Shown here: piece after piece, positions 8,547 to 16,904 of the stretch
How the letters are laid out: each line of letters starts with the position of its first letter
Position numbering within the stretch: the stretch's first letter is position 1
Assembly: GCF_014280175.1 (NCBI RefSeq)
Contig: NZ_CP047931.1
Span: 1,470,001 to 1,502,000, forward strand
Reading direction: 5' to 3'
From: Synechococcus sp. A15-28
GTDB lineage: Bacteria > Cyanobacteriota > Cyanobacteriia > PCC-6307 > Cyanobiaceae
Length of the DNA: 32,000 nucleotides
Position numbers and translations under genes: made by a program
The notes under the pieces: model-generated
Seen by the model: the letters and a program-made list of their open reading frames with translations, nothing else
What the model was told of the DNA's origin: nothing
Databases searched by the model: none

Positions 8547-8816
8547 TTATTGATGATTGTGGTTGAACACCTTTACGGTCCTCCTCATAATCATCGAGCC
8601 AAACCCGGCCATCAATCCCATGCGTCTAGCTTCCTCCATGCGATACCTACGGCCAGTTCGTAGCCGTGGCATCGGTCCATAAACTCCAGGATTCTTCTCA
8701 AGACCAAATTCAAGCCACCAACCTTGGTTATTTGGAAGGTTCTGGGGTGGACTACATACCTTGCAGGTGCGTTCCATGGCAGCCTTGGCTGTCTTGGTGT
8801 CTATTCCTGCGTTCAC
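8547..8816 (-). CDS. Hypothetical protein, possibly a truncated zinc-ribbon protein
   Basis: The 89-aa ORF contains CKVC. An in-frame CQSC lies just upstream of the GTG start but has no canonical start codon ahead of it. Confidence 0.35.
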   Translation of the reverse strand: MNAGIDTKTAKAAMERTCKVCSPPQNLPNNQGWWLEFGLEKNPGVYGPMPRLRTGRRYRMEEARRMGLMAGFGSMIMRRTVKVFNHNHQ

Positions 8817-9026
8817 GTACGTTGTAGCACCACAGGACTGGCACTCAATGACTGTCCTGACACGGTTATTGACTTTATTTTCTCAGACGTCAAGACTACA
8901 CTTGTTAATACCTTGCTGATCGAGTGCTTTATCGGTGCTACCTATGCATTCCCGATAACAAGGCAGCTTACTGCAGAGACAGCTGCTTCTTGATACTTGC
9001 TATAACAAATGTCGTCCTATAGATGA

Positions 9027-9554
9027 TCACTCCGGGATCAATACAGTATCAATCACGTGGATTGTGCCATTCGTAGCTTTGATATCTGCCTTCGTGACTG
9101 TGGAGTGGTCAATAAAAACCATTCCATCTTTTGTCTTGATTGTAATTGACTTACCATTGAGTGTTTCAGCACTAGACAACTTGACGACATCTGCAGCTTT
9201 TACATTTCCAGCAACAACGTGATACGTAAGGATATCAGTTAATTTCTCTTTGTTTGAAGGCTTTAACAACAATGCAACTGTCCCATCAGGAAGCTTTGCG
9301 AAGGCCTCATCTGTTGGTGCAAAAACGGTGAAAGGACCTTCACCCTTGAGTGCTCCTACTAATCCAGCCTCACCAAGCGCTGCCGCTAGGGTTTCAAAGC
9401 TGCCCGTAGTAACAGCCGTGTCAACTATGTCCATGGAGGGCATGGTGTGATCCTTATCACCCATATGACCTCCTGCGAAAGCGCTCGTAGAGGTCAACAG
9501 GCTTAGGGACAATGCGGCAGCCCCTAAACGAAGCGTGCGATGGAGAACTGACAT
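9027..9554 (-). CDS. Secreted fasciclin (FAS1) domain protein
   Basis: A signal peptide is followed by [15 protein letters not shown]...LTYHVV.G......[12 protein letters not shown], the classic FAS1 H1/H2/YH motifs. Confidence 0.85.
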   Translation of the reverse strand: MSVLHRTLRLGAAALSLSLLTSTSAFAGGHMGDKDHTMPSMDIVDTAVTTGSFETLAAALGEAGLVGALKGEGPFTVFAPTDEAFAKLPDGTVALLLKPSNKEKLTDILTYHVVAGNVKAADVVKLSSAETLNGKSITIKTKDGMVFIDHSTVTKADIKATNGTIHVIDTVLIPE

Positions 9555-9758
9555 TTGCGTGAATCAAAGTCCATAAATCTTAACAAGGCACCGGTCTCTT
9601 CGGTGAGACATCCTGGCTTGGCTCTGGTTTCAGTGAGCCATAGAAAGAGAAGGCGGGGCACGAAAAGATAAAACCTACAGAATTGACAGGATGCAGTTGC
9701 TACCTGTCAACCCTGCAGATCTGATCGAAGACGCTTGGCGTAAATTCTTTTGCATGCT

Positions 9759-9950
9759 TCACTTTCTTACTACCTTTGTCTGCTGTGGAAGAGGATGCTT
9801 ATAACCTTGACTTCTGATGTAGTCAGCCAATTGTTCAAGCTCGTTTTTCTGATAAGTCATATTTGACAACTTCTGTTCTCTGCTTTTCTGGATGTGATCA
9901 CTATTGATTTGATTGTTCATTGATAAATGACTATTGTGATTTTTGATCAA
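9759..9950 (-). CDS. Hypothetical small protein
   Basis: The 63-aa AT-rich ORF starts with TTG, and an internal ATG lies at 9920. I recognise no family. Confidence 0.3.
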   Translation of the reverse strand: MIKNHNSHLSMNNQINSDHIQKSREQKLSNMTYQKNELEQLADYIRSQGYKHPLPQQTKVVRK

Positions 9951-10180
9951 TCAGATATTAGATTAAAGATTGGGTATTAGTTCACCTACATCACGAAGGA
10001 CGTAGGAGACTAATACCAATACGAACCATTGGAATTGAACCAATGCAAGGTCACCAGACGTTCGTTGAGCTAAACATACCCATCCATAAGGACGGCTTTT
10101 TTTATGACATGTGATTTAGATGAACCAGTACACCCAATCTGGTTGCTAACGGCCAATCACCTCCGTTAGCTAAGACAACC

Positions 10181-10204
10181 AACAGGTAATGCTCCTGTTT
10201 TTTA
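10181..10204 (+). terminator. Rho-independent-type terminator with no upstream plus-strand ORF
   Basis: The stem AACAGG/CCTGTT has a 7-nt loop and runs into a T tract. A weaker hairpin followed by T7 lies at 10080-10103. Confidence 0.45.
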
Positions 10205-10619
10205 TTCGCTTGAAGGTTGTTGTATCCATACAGTATGAATAGTAATATCAAGATGTCCCTTCAATGGACATAGTGATATTCAGATTCAAGCTCGGTAAAA
10301 AGATCAAGTAAACCTATTTATTTAACTTGCTGTTTGTTTTGTCCATCCACTAAACAAAGGGTTGATAAGTAGAAACACAAAGCGTTTCCAAGATCAACCA
10401 GGAGTTAGTACAAGTTAAATACAATGTGTCTTTTGGTTTACTTGTCTTTGGGCGGTACTTACGAAATGTCCGTCTCGCTGCGCTCGACCTGGACATTAAT
10501 AAAGGGGATGGTTTGTCATCCCCAAAGGTACAAAAGGAAGAGTACACCCACTCCCTTCCCCCTGTATAACTGACCACTCTAATTAAACCCAGGTGGGGAC
10601 TGATGTCTTAGGGTTACCT

Positions 10620-11027
10620 CTAACTTGCCTGCTTAGCCCTAGCAGAAGCAGTGGCTGTGAAAAATGACATGGCATGTCTTACTGCATCAATCATGTCAGG
10701 GTGAACCACACGATAAATCCGATGTTTACTACCTTTAGATGACGGCATTAAGCCTTCAGCCTGAATAAAACCTTTGTCAAGGAGCAAATCAATGGCATTA
10801 ATTACCTTTGCTTTCCCCATACTAAGTGTTTCAGCAATGGCCTTGTGTGACCAATTTGTTGTGCCACCACAGTCTCTACGATCTTTCCATTTCCTGTACA
10901 TCCGTTTATCATATCGTAGATCCTGATACGCAGATTGATACATCAGGCTATACACGGCTACTGCTGCATAGCCCAATTTTGCTATTTCGGTAATTGGAGG
11001 AACGGTGTCTTTAAGAATAACTGTCAT
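10620..11027 (-). CDS. Winged-helix DNA-binding protein, candidate replication initiator or regulator of the island
   Basis: The 135-aa product has an HTH-like segment SHKAIAETLSMGKAKVINAIDLLLDKGFI. The iteron array begins 47 bp upstream of its start. Confidence 0.65.
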   Translation of the reverse strand: MTVILKDTVPPITEIAKLGYAAVAVYSLMYQSAYQDLRYDKRMYRKWKDRRDCGGTTNWSHKAIAETLSMGKAKVINAIDLLLDKGFIQAEGLMPSSKGSKHRIYRVVHPDMIDAVRHAMSFFTATASARAKQAS

Positions 11028-11073
11028 TTAGATAATACTTACTTGTGTTCTATTTGGAACGCATTAGTTGACT

Positions 11074-11247
11074 AGGTTGTGATCAGGGTCGGATCGTCAG
11101 ATCCCCCTATATAAGGGTCGGGTCTCCAGATCCCCCTGTATAAGTGTCGGATCGCCAGATCCCCCTGTATACGTGTCGGATTGCTGCTTCCCCCTATATA
11201 ACTGAGGGGTCTCTACTTCCCCCTGTATAAGGGTCGGATTGCGTGAC
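11074..11247. repeat. Iteron array: five full copies and one partial copy of a 29-bp unit (consensus about CCCCCTRTATAAGKGTCGGATYGC)
   Basis: The CCCCC blocks start at 11103, 11132, 11161, 11190 and 11219, an exact 29-bp period. A half copy lies at 11074-11102. Confidence 0.85.
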
Positions 11248-11537
11248 GGTATTGAACCTGGCTGGCCACTCAGAGACGCCATACGCGTCTGTATTGATTA
11301 CTAGATCCTTCTGTGACGGAATCCCTTTGTTTTGCATTTTGGATACCTTGTAGAGGCATATAGGGGTCTCTGGCGCTTTTGTGATTGTGACTCCTTTGAC
11401 TTGACGTGCTCACAATGCCGCCTGAACCCGATTACAAGTAATTGCTAGTGATTGTGAAATTGATTGAACTTTTGTAGTATTTGAGCAAGCTTACGAATGA
11501 TGCTGGACAGCCTTGTCCATTTTGTCTCTTCAAAGTC

Positions 11538-12731
11538 TTAGAGAAGATTCACAGCTCGCTCCAATTCACTCCAAGGAGTAGCGCCATATGCCATAGAAAT
11601 AGAATTAGGTGTGTGGCCAAGCAAAGTAACGACAACAGCCTCATTCATGTTATGTGCTCTCAATATGGTTGCAGCTCTGTCTCTAAAACCTTTGGGAGTT
11701 ATTCCAACTATTTTCCTACACGGCTTTGAAAGATTGACTCCCCAACGCTTATTAGCCCCTTGGTACTGACCCGGCCACAAAAGATCTTTCCTTTCGCGCA
11801 TCTCAATAGACAATGACTTCAATCTTGGATGAATTGGAATTGACCTCGCAGAGGAATCGCTCTTCAAGGGTCTTAACGCATTGGGTCGGATCAGTATCCG
11901 GTCATCAAGCAGGTCTTCTGCTTGCAAGCCAGCAATCTCAGCAAGTCGAGCACCAGTGAAATAAAGGAACTTGAAAATCTCTATCTGTTGACCCGACCCA
12001 TTCCACTGTGATGGATCGGTGATTGTGACATCAAGTTTTCTGACTTTAACGACCTTGATCCGTGTATTTAAGCCCTTGAATATATGGGTGCAATCGGGTC
12101 GTAGTTCACAAAGCACTGACCAGAGTCCACAAAGAAATGCGAGACGCGTTTTGACAGTTGAAGGACTTAGACGTGACAGCAACGAGGAGCGATAAGCAAC
12201 GGCGTGTTGGCGTGAAGCAGACGTTGGGTACGTGACTGCAGAGTGTGCCAAGAAATCGTCCAAGGCAGCCTTCCAAGCGATCTCCGTCCGTGCTGCAGGT
12301 GACTTCAGTGCCTTGGCCTGCTGGATCAGCTCTTCTTTGGAAAGGTGGTCTGGTGGCTGCTTCTCACCCTTCAAAATCGCTCTGTATCTGGCCGCTTGAT
12401 CGAGAGTTATCGACCCTTCCTCAACCTCAACATCACAGCCAGTAAGCAGCGTTTCAACAATTTCTGGATCAGACAGATCAAACCGTTGAGGAACCAAATC
12501 AATTAGCTCGTCGCCAGTCAGTGAAACCTCATTGCGAGCCTCAGCAATCAGTCGATCTGTCTTTGCTGCAAATGCAGCTGAGAGCCTCTGTGCGACGCGG
12601 TAGGTCGATCCAGCAGCCTCAACCCAAATCGTTTTGCCTATGACTGGCTGAACGTCCTTGGGAACGCCACGCTGCAACTGGTAACCATTGCGGGCCTGAC
12701 GCACGTATGTCGGATGCTTCCGAAAAGGCAC
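11538..12731 (-). CDS. int: Tyrosine recombinase / phage-type integrase
   Basis: The 397-aa product has box I (FTGARLAEI), LKSDSSARSIPIH, box II (GFRDRAATILR...LLGH) and a C-terminal Tyr (SMAYG). The gene abuts attR. Confidence 0.9.
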   Translation of the reverse strand: MPFRKHPTYVRQARNGYQLQRGVPKDVQPVIGKTIWVEAAGSTYRVAQRLSAAFAAKTDRLIAEARNEVSLTGDELIDLVPQRFDLSDPEIVETLLTGCDVEVEEGSITLDQAARYRAILKGEKQPPDHLSKEELIQQAKALKSPAARTEIAWKAALDDFLAHSAVTYPTSASRQHAVAYRSSLLSRLSPSTVKTRLAFLCGLWSVLCELRPDCTHIFKGLNTRIKVVKVRKLDVTITDPSQWNGSGQQIEIFKFLYFTGARLAEIAGLQAEDLLDDRILIRPNALRPLKSDSSARSIPIHPRLKSLSIEMRERKDLLWPGQYQGANKRWGVNLSKPCRKIVGITPKGFRDRAATILRAHNMNEAVVVTLLGHTPNSISMAYGATPWSELERAVNLL

Positions 12732-12732
12732 C

Positions 12733-12754
12733 TTTAGTCACAGTTTTAGTCACA
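12733..12754 (+). promoter_or_regulatory. Two TTTAGTCACA motifs spaced 12 bp start-to-start (candidate arm-type sites, right arm), plus a partial TAGTCA at 12758-12763
   Basis: The motif pair is identical to 4459-4480. It lies between the integrase start and the substitute aminotransferase start, so it may also overlap both promoters. Confidence 0.55.
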
Positions 12755-12775
12755 CCCTAGTCAGCCAAAAGCCAG

Positions 12776-13957
12776 ATGGACACAAACAAGCTGCGATCAC
12801 AATGTCCAGCCCTGCTCAACAAGACCTACTTCAACTACGGCGGCCAAGGCCCCCTGCCGACGCCATCGCTGGAGGCGATCCAGGCCAGCTGGCGGCGCAT
12901 TCAGGAGCTGGGCCCCTTCACCACGGATGTATGGCCATTCATCGGGGCCGAGGTGTCCAGCACCCGGCGGCGCCTCGCCCAGCTCTGCGGCGTGGCCCCC
13001 CATCGCCTGGCCCTCAGTGAAAACGTCACGAGCGGTTGTGTGCTGCCGCTGTGGGGACTGCCCTTCGACAGTGGCGATCGTCTGCTGATCAGCGACTGCG
13101 AACACCCTGGGGTTGTGGCCGCCTGCGTGGAGCTGGCCCGGCGTGAGGGGCTGACGATCGACACCCTGCCGGTGAAGCAGCTGCGCGGCGATCAACCCAG
13201 CACCGATGCGGGCGTGATGGACGCCCTGGAGCAGAGCCTCACCCCCCGCTCGCGGCTGGTGGTGCTGAGTCATCTGCTCTGGAACACGGGCCAGATCATG
13301 CCCATCCCCGCCGTCGCGGAACGGCTCGCCCAGCACCCCCAGGCGCCCTATCTGCTGGTGGATGCCGCCCAGAGTTTCGGGCAGATTCCTGTGCAGGACG
13401 CTGCTGCCGCCGCTGACATCTATGCCTTCACCGGCCACAAGTGGGCCTGTGGCCCGGAAGGCCTGGGTGGCGTGGCCCTGTCGGAACGGGTGCTGAACGA
13501 AGGCCAACCTACCGTGATCGGCTGGCGCAGCTTGCAGGATGAAAGCAAAGCGGACCTGAGCAGCTCCGATCCGTTCCACCACGACAGCCGCCGTTTTGAA
13601 GTCGCCACCAGCTGCGTGCCCCTGATGGCGGGCCTGCGCTGTTCGCTGGAGTTATTGGACCAGGAAGGATCGGCGGAAACCCGACTGATGCGGATCCGTC
13701 AGCTCAGTGGTGATCTCTGGAGCGGACTGCGGGAGATGCCTGGAGTCAAGCCTCTGATGGAGGTGCCACCGGCCAGTGGCCTGGTGAGCTTTCAGCTGAG
13801 CTGTGACGCAGCTCCTGCAGAGGTGGTGCAGCAACTTGGCCAACAGGGCCTGTGGATCCGCGACCTGGCGGACCCCAGCTGCCTGCGCGCCTGCACCCAT
13901 GTGACCACAACTGAGGCTGAAACGGAGGCACTGACGACGGCAATTGCACGATATTGA
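12776..13957 (+). CDS. Class-V aminotransferase / cysteine-desulfurase-like PLP enzyme
   Basis: The 393-aa product contains YFNYGGQGP, LLVDAAQSFG and FTGHKWACGPEG (PLP lysine). The first 9 codons and the upstream region are island-derived. Confidence 0.85.
   Translation: MDTNKLRSQCPALLNKTYFNYGGQGPLPTPSLEAIQASWRRIQELGPFTTDVWPFIGAEVSSTRRRLAQLCGVAPHRLALSENVTSGCVLPLWGLPFDSGDRLLISDCEHPGVVAACVELARREGLTIDTLPVKQLRGDQPSTDAGVMDALEQSLTPRSRLVVLSHLLWNTGQIMPIPAVAERLAQHPQAPYLLVDAAQSFGQIPVQDAAAAADIYAFTGHKWACGPEGLGGVALSERVLNEGQPTVIGWRSLQDESKADLSSSDPFHHDSRRFEVATSCVPLMAGLRCSLELLDQEGSAETRLMRIRQLSGDLWSGLREMPGVKPLMEVPPASGLVSFQLSCDAAPAEVVQQLGQQGLWIRDLADPSCLRACTHVTTTEAETEALTTAIARY
12803..12837. repeat. attR core: direct repeat of 4353-4387
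   Basis: See the attL entry. The core lies inside codons 10-21 of the aminotransferase gene. Confidence 0.8.
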
Positions 13958-13995
13958 CAACATATCCTATTGATATATCACCCATTTCGTGCCTC

Positions 13996-15498
13996 TCAGC
14001 GTCGCTGTCTCAGGGCCTGCTCCGCCTGCTCGCGGTCATCAAAATGCACCTTCTCCGTACCGAGAATTTGATAGTCCTCATGGCCCTTGCCGGCGATCAG
14101 CACCAGGTCCGCTGGTGATGCTTCAGCAATGCCCTCCGCAATCGCCCTGGCCCGGTCGCGCTCAACCCTGAGTTCGGTGCCGGATGGAATGCCCGCCACC
14201 ACATCGGCCAGGATCTGATCAGGATCTTCTGTGCGCGGGTTGTCAGAGGTGACCACGACCCGATCCGCCAACCGGGCCGCAATCGCTGCCATCTGAGGCC
14301 GCTTGCCCCGATCCCTGTCGCCGCCGCAGCCAAACACGCAGACCAGCCGACCCGCCGCAAATGGTCGAGACGCCGCCAGTGCATTCTCGAGACCATCGGG
14401 GGTGTGGGCGTAATCCACCAGAACAGTCGGCAACGCGGCAGCTTCAGCCCCCTCAACGACCACCCGTTCCATGCGGCCGGGCACACCCCGGAAGCTACCG
14501 ACGGCCTCCAGCAGCGGATCGAGGGGCAGACCCCGTTGCAGCAGGACCCCCACCGACTGCAACAGGTTCATCAGGTTGAAGCGCCCCAGCAGCGGAGAAT
14601 GGAATGCGCAGGATCCAACGGGACTGATCAAGCGTCCGCTGACGCCCTGTCCGGTCATCTGCAGGTCAGCCATCTGCAACTCCGCCTGCGGGTCCGCCAG
14701 GGAGCTGCACCAGCAGCGCTCCCCCAGTTGCTCAGCAAGCCGGCTCCCCCAGGGGTCATCGCCATTGACCACCGCCGCTGGTCCATCTCCCTCCAGCAGT
14801 GGAGCCGCAAACAGACGAGTCTTGGCCTCGAAATAGGCCTCCATCGTCTGGTGGTAATCGAGATGGTCCTGGGTGAGGTTGGTGAACACCGCCCCCGCGA
14901 AGCGACACCCCGCCACCCGATCCTGCACCAGGGCATGGGAACTCACCTCCATCGCCGCCAGCTGACTCCCCGCCCTGGCTGCGTTGGCCAGCTGGGCCTG
15001 CAGGCGATCCGCCACCGATGTGGTGTGGGTCGCCGTGATGCTGTGGCCAGGCCATCGGTTGACCAGGGTGCCGAACAGGGCGGTGGGCCGACCGGCTTGG
15101 ACCGCCAGATGCTCGATCAGATGGGTTGTGGTGGTTTTGCCATTGGTGCCGGTGACACCGATCAGCCCCATCCGATGGCAGGGATGTCCCCAGTAAGCGG
15201 CCGCCAATTCACCGACGGTGCGCGCCACCGAATCCGCTACCACCACCACCGGCTGGCCAGCCCCGGGGGGGAATTCTTGCGCTGCGGCAGGACCGATCAC
15301 TGCTGCTGCGGCGCCATCCTGCAGCGCCTGATGCCAGAAACGACCGCCATCAACCCGCTCGCCCGGCAGCCCTAGGAACAGTGTTCCCTCTCCCACCAGG
15401 CGCGAATCACTGGTGATGGACGAGATCGGGAGGTCAGCCAATGCGGCAGGGACGTCCAGGCCGACATCGCGCAGCAGGGCATGCAACGACTGACCCAT
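13996..15498 (-). CDS. murE: UDP-N-acetylmuramoyl-L-alanyl-D-glutamate--2,6-diaminopimelate ligase
   Basis: [14 protein letters not shown], the DNPR motif ([11 protein letters not shown]) and Mur ligase architecture are present. The start is set at the ATG at 15496-15498 (MGQSLHALL); the ORF track extends the ORF upstream. Confidence 0.9.
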   Translation of the reverse strand: MGQSLHALLRDVGLDVPAALADLPISSITSDSRLVGEGTLFLGLPGERVDGGRFWHQALQDGAAAAVIGPAAAQEFPPGAGQPVVVVADSVARTVGELAAAYWGHPCHRMGLIGVTGTNGKTTTTHLIEHLAVQAGRPTALFGTLVNRWPGHSITATHTTSVADRLQAQLANAARAGSQLAAMEVSSHALVQDRVAGCRFAGAVFTNLTQDHLDYHQTMEAYFEAKTRLFAAPLLEGDGPAAVVNGDDPWGSRLAEQLGERCWCSSLADPQAELQMADLQMTGQGVSGRLISPVGSCAFHSPLLGRFNLMNLLQSVGVLLQRGLPLDPLLEAVGSFRGVPGRMERVVVEGAEAAALPTVLVDYAHTPDGLENALAASRPFAAGRLVCVFGCGGDRDRGKRPQMAAIAARLADRVVVTSDNPRTEDPDQILADVVAGIPSGTELRVERDRARAIAEGIAEASPADLVLIAGKGHEDYQILGTEKVHFDDREQAEQALRQRR

Positions 15499-15523
15499 GC
15501 GATCGGCCACAACTCGGCTCGTT

Positions 15524-15805
15524 CTAAGCCGATCCAGAGGGGTTGGACAGCGCCCGTTGCAACCAGTTGAACAGGCCCTCACCGGACAGCCGCGGCGAGA
15601 CCCGTGGCAGCTCTCGGCCCTGGACCATCAGCACCGGCACTTCAAGGTCGTAGCGGGCCTTCAGTTCGGGTGTCACGCCAGCCCCATCCAGGTCAATCAC
15701 CTGCAGGGTGACCCCGAGCCCCATCAGGTTCAGGGCTTCGAGGCGCTGTTCGAGCCCCTCACACAGGCAGCAGCCCTGGCGGCTGTAGAGCACCAGCTCC
15801 TGCAT
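15524..15805 (-). CDS. Glutaredoxin-like (DUF836/thioredoxin-fold) protein
   Basis: The 93-aa product begins [18 protein letters not shown]... and contains a CxxC motif. It is the C-terminal part of the 375-aa track ORF, and its start overlaps the yidD stop (TGATG). Confidence 0.75.
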   Translation of the reverse strand: MQELVLYSRQGCCLCEGLEQRLEALNLMGLGVTLQVIDLDGAGVTPELKARYDLEVPVLMVQGRELPRVSPRLSGEGLFNWLQRALSNPSGSA

Positions 15806-16119
15806 CAGTCCGGCACCGGATCGCAACCACAGGGGGTGAAGGGGTGGCAGCGCAACAGCCGCCGAACAGTGAGCCACCCTCCTTTCCAGGGACCATGCCG
15901 CTGAATCGCCTCCAGGCCATAGGCGCTGCAGGTGGGAGTGAAACGACAACGCGGACCGATCAGCGGCGAAATGAAACGCCGGTAAAAGCCGATCAACGCC
16001 AGCATCACCCAGGCCAGGCCACGGTTCAAGCTGGTGACGATGGGAGCCAGTGGGCTGCCCGATACAGTGGTTGGTTCGTGCACTGGCGAAGGCACCTGGG
16101 GCTGATCCGGTTCCAGCAT
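15805..16119 (-). CDS. yidD: Membrane protein insertion efficiency factor YidD
   Basis: [32 protein letters not shown] is present. The start is chosen at the ATG at 16117-16119 so that the gene does not overlap rpsD. Confidence 0.8.
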   Translation of the reverse strand: MLEPDQPQVPSPVHEPTTVSGSPLAPIVTSLNRGLAWVMLALIGFYRRFISPLIGPRCRFTPTCSAYGLEAIQRHGPWKGGWLTVRRLLRCHPFTPCGCDPVPD

Positions 16120-16159
16120 GCCCAAACCCGGCACGAATCCAACCTCTACCTTCCCATCC

Positions 16160-16768
16160 ATGGCTCGATACCGCGGCCCTCGTCTGAGGATCACGCGGCG
16201 CTTGGGAGACCTCCCTGGTCTCACCCGGAAGGCCGCAAAGCGGTCCTATCCCCCCGGTCAGCACGGCCAAGCCCGTCGCAAGCGCTCTGAATACGCAATC
16301 CGTCTCGAAGAAAAGCAGAAGCTTCGCTTCAACTACGGCATCTCCGAGCGTCAGCTCGTGCGTTACGTGAAGAAAGCGCGCGCCCAGGAGGGTTCCACCG
16401 GAACCAACCTGCTCAAGCTGCTCGAGAACCGTCTCGACAATGTCTGTTTCCGCCTGGGCTTCGGTCCCACCGTGCCCGGCGCCCGTCAGCTGGTGAACCA
16501 CGGCCACGTCACCGTCAACGGCCGCGTCACCGATATCGCCAGCTACCAGTGCAAGGCCGGCGATGTGATCGCCATCCGCGAGCGCAAGTGCAGCAAGCAG
16601 CTGGCTGAAGCCAACCTCGAGTTCCCGGGTCTGGCCAACGTGCCGTCCCACCTGGAACTGGACAAGGCCAAGCTCAACGCCAAGGTCACCGGTCGCTGTG
16701 AACGCGAATGGGTTGCCCTGGAGATCAACGAACTGCTGGTGGTGGAGTACTACTCCAGAAAGGTTTAA
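16160..16768 (+). CDS. rpsD: 30S ribosomal protein S4
   Basis: [22 protein letters not shown]...[10 protein letters not shown] matches S4. The true ATG is 14 codons inside the track ORF. The last codons and the stop are supplied by island-side sequence. Confidence 0.95.
   Translation: MARYRGPRLRITRRLGDLPGLTRKAAKRSYPPGQHGQARRKRSEYAIRLEEKQKLRFNYGISERQLVRYVKKARAQEGSTGTNLLKLLENRLDNVCFRLGFGPTVPGARQLVNHGHVTVNGRVTDIASYQCKAGDVIAIRERKCSKQLAEANLEFPGLANVPSHLELDKAKLNAKVTGRCEREWVALEINELLVVEYYSRKV
16749..16764. repeat. 16-bp direct repeat ACTACTCCAGAAAGGT at the rpsD 3' end (also at 20099-20114)
   Basis: The match is an exact 16-mer. The sequence turns AT-rich right after it here. At 20099 it is followed by a stop codon and a strong terminator. 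Confidence 0.7.
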
Positions 16769-16827
16769 GTTCGGTTCATAACGAGAGCTCTCAGCTTTTT
16801 ACGAGTACCCATTCAAACTTTATTCAA

Positions 16828-16872
16828 TCTCCTGATACCGTTCAATAAAAACGGTATCAGGAGACTTTTTTT
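16828..16872 (+). terminator. Strong rho-independent terminator now serving rpsD
   Basis: A 15-bp perfect stem, TCTCCTGATACCGTT / AACGGTATCAGGAGA, is followed by a T7 run. Confidence 0.8.
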
Positions 16873-16904
16873 GATTTTTTCCTTTTAGTTAAACACCATT
16901 TTGT

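Larger units (their letters stand above)
4353..12837. mobile_element. Integrative genomic island (about 8.4 kb) with tyrosine integrase, Rep-like wHTH gene, iterons and cargo genes
   Basis: The block is bounded by the 35-bp direct repeats. The integrase gene abuts the right end. The content is visibly AT-rich relative to the flanks. The target gene is split into a stub (4335-4388) and a functional copy (12776-13957). Confidence 0.8.

Noticed and set aside
10350-10577. 75-aa minus-strand ORF in the hairpin-rich spacer
   Set aside because: Its composition is odd (Ser/Thr/Cys/Arg-rich), there is no start context, and it crosses several stem-loops. It is more likely non-coding.
11074-11247. A possible CRISPR array, given the regular 29-bp repeats
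   Set aside because: The units are directly adjacent with no unique spacers, they degenerate from copy to copy, and no cas genes are present. The pattern fits an iteron or tandem repeat, not CRISPR.
11097-11282. 61-aa minus-strand ORF with repeated PTLIQGE/LYRG segments
   Set aside because: It is simply the translation of the 29-bp iteron array. The periodicity is a DNA feature (29 is not a multiple of 3), and there is no start context.
15806-16651. The upstream 280 codons of the 375-aa minus-strand ORF (15524-16651)
   Set aside because: That part is antisense to rpsD and overlaps yidD in another frame. Only the last 93 codons (the glutaredoxin-like protein) look like a real protein.
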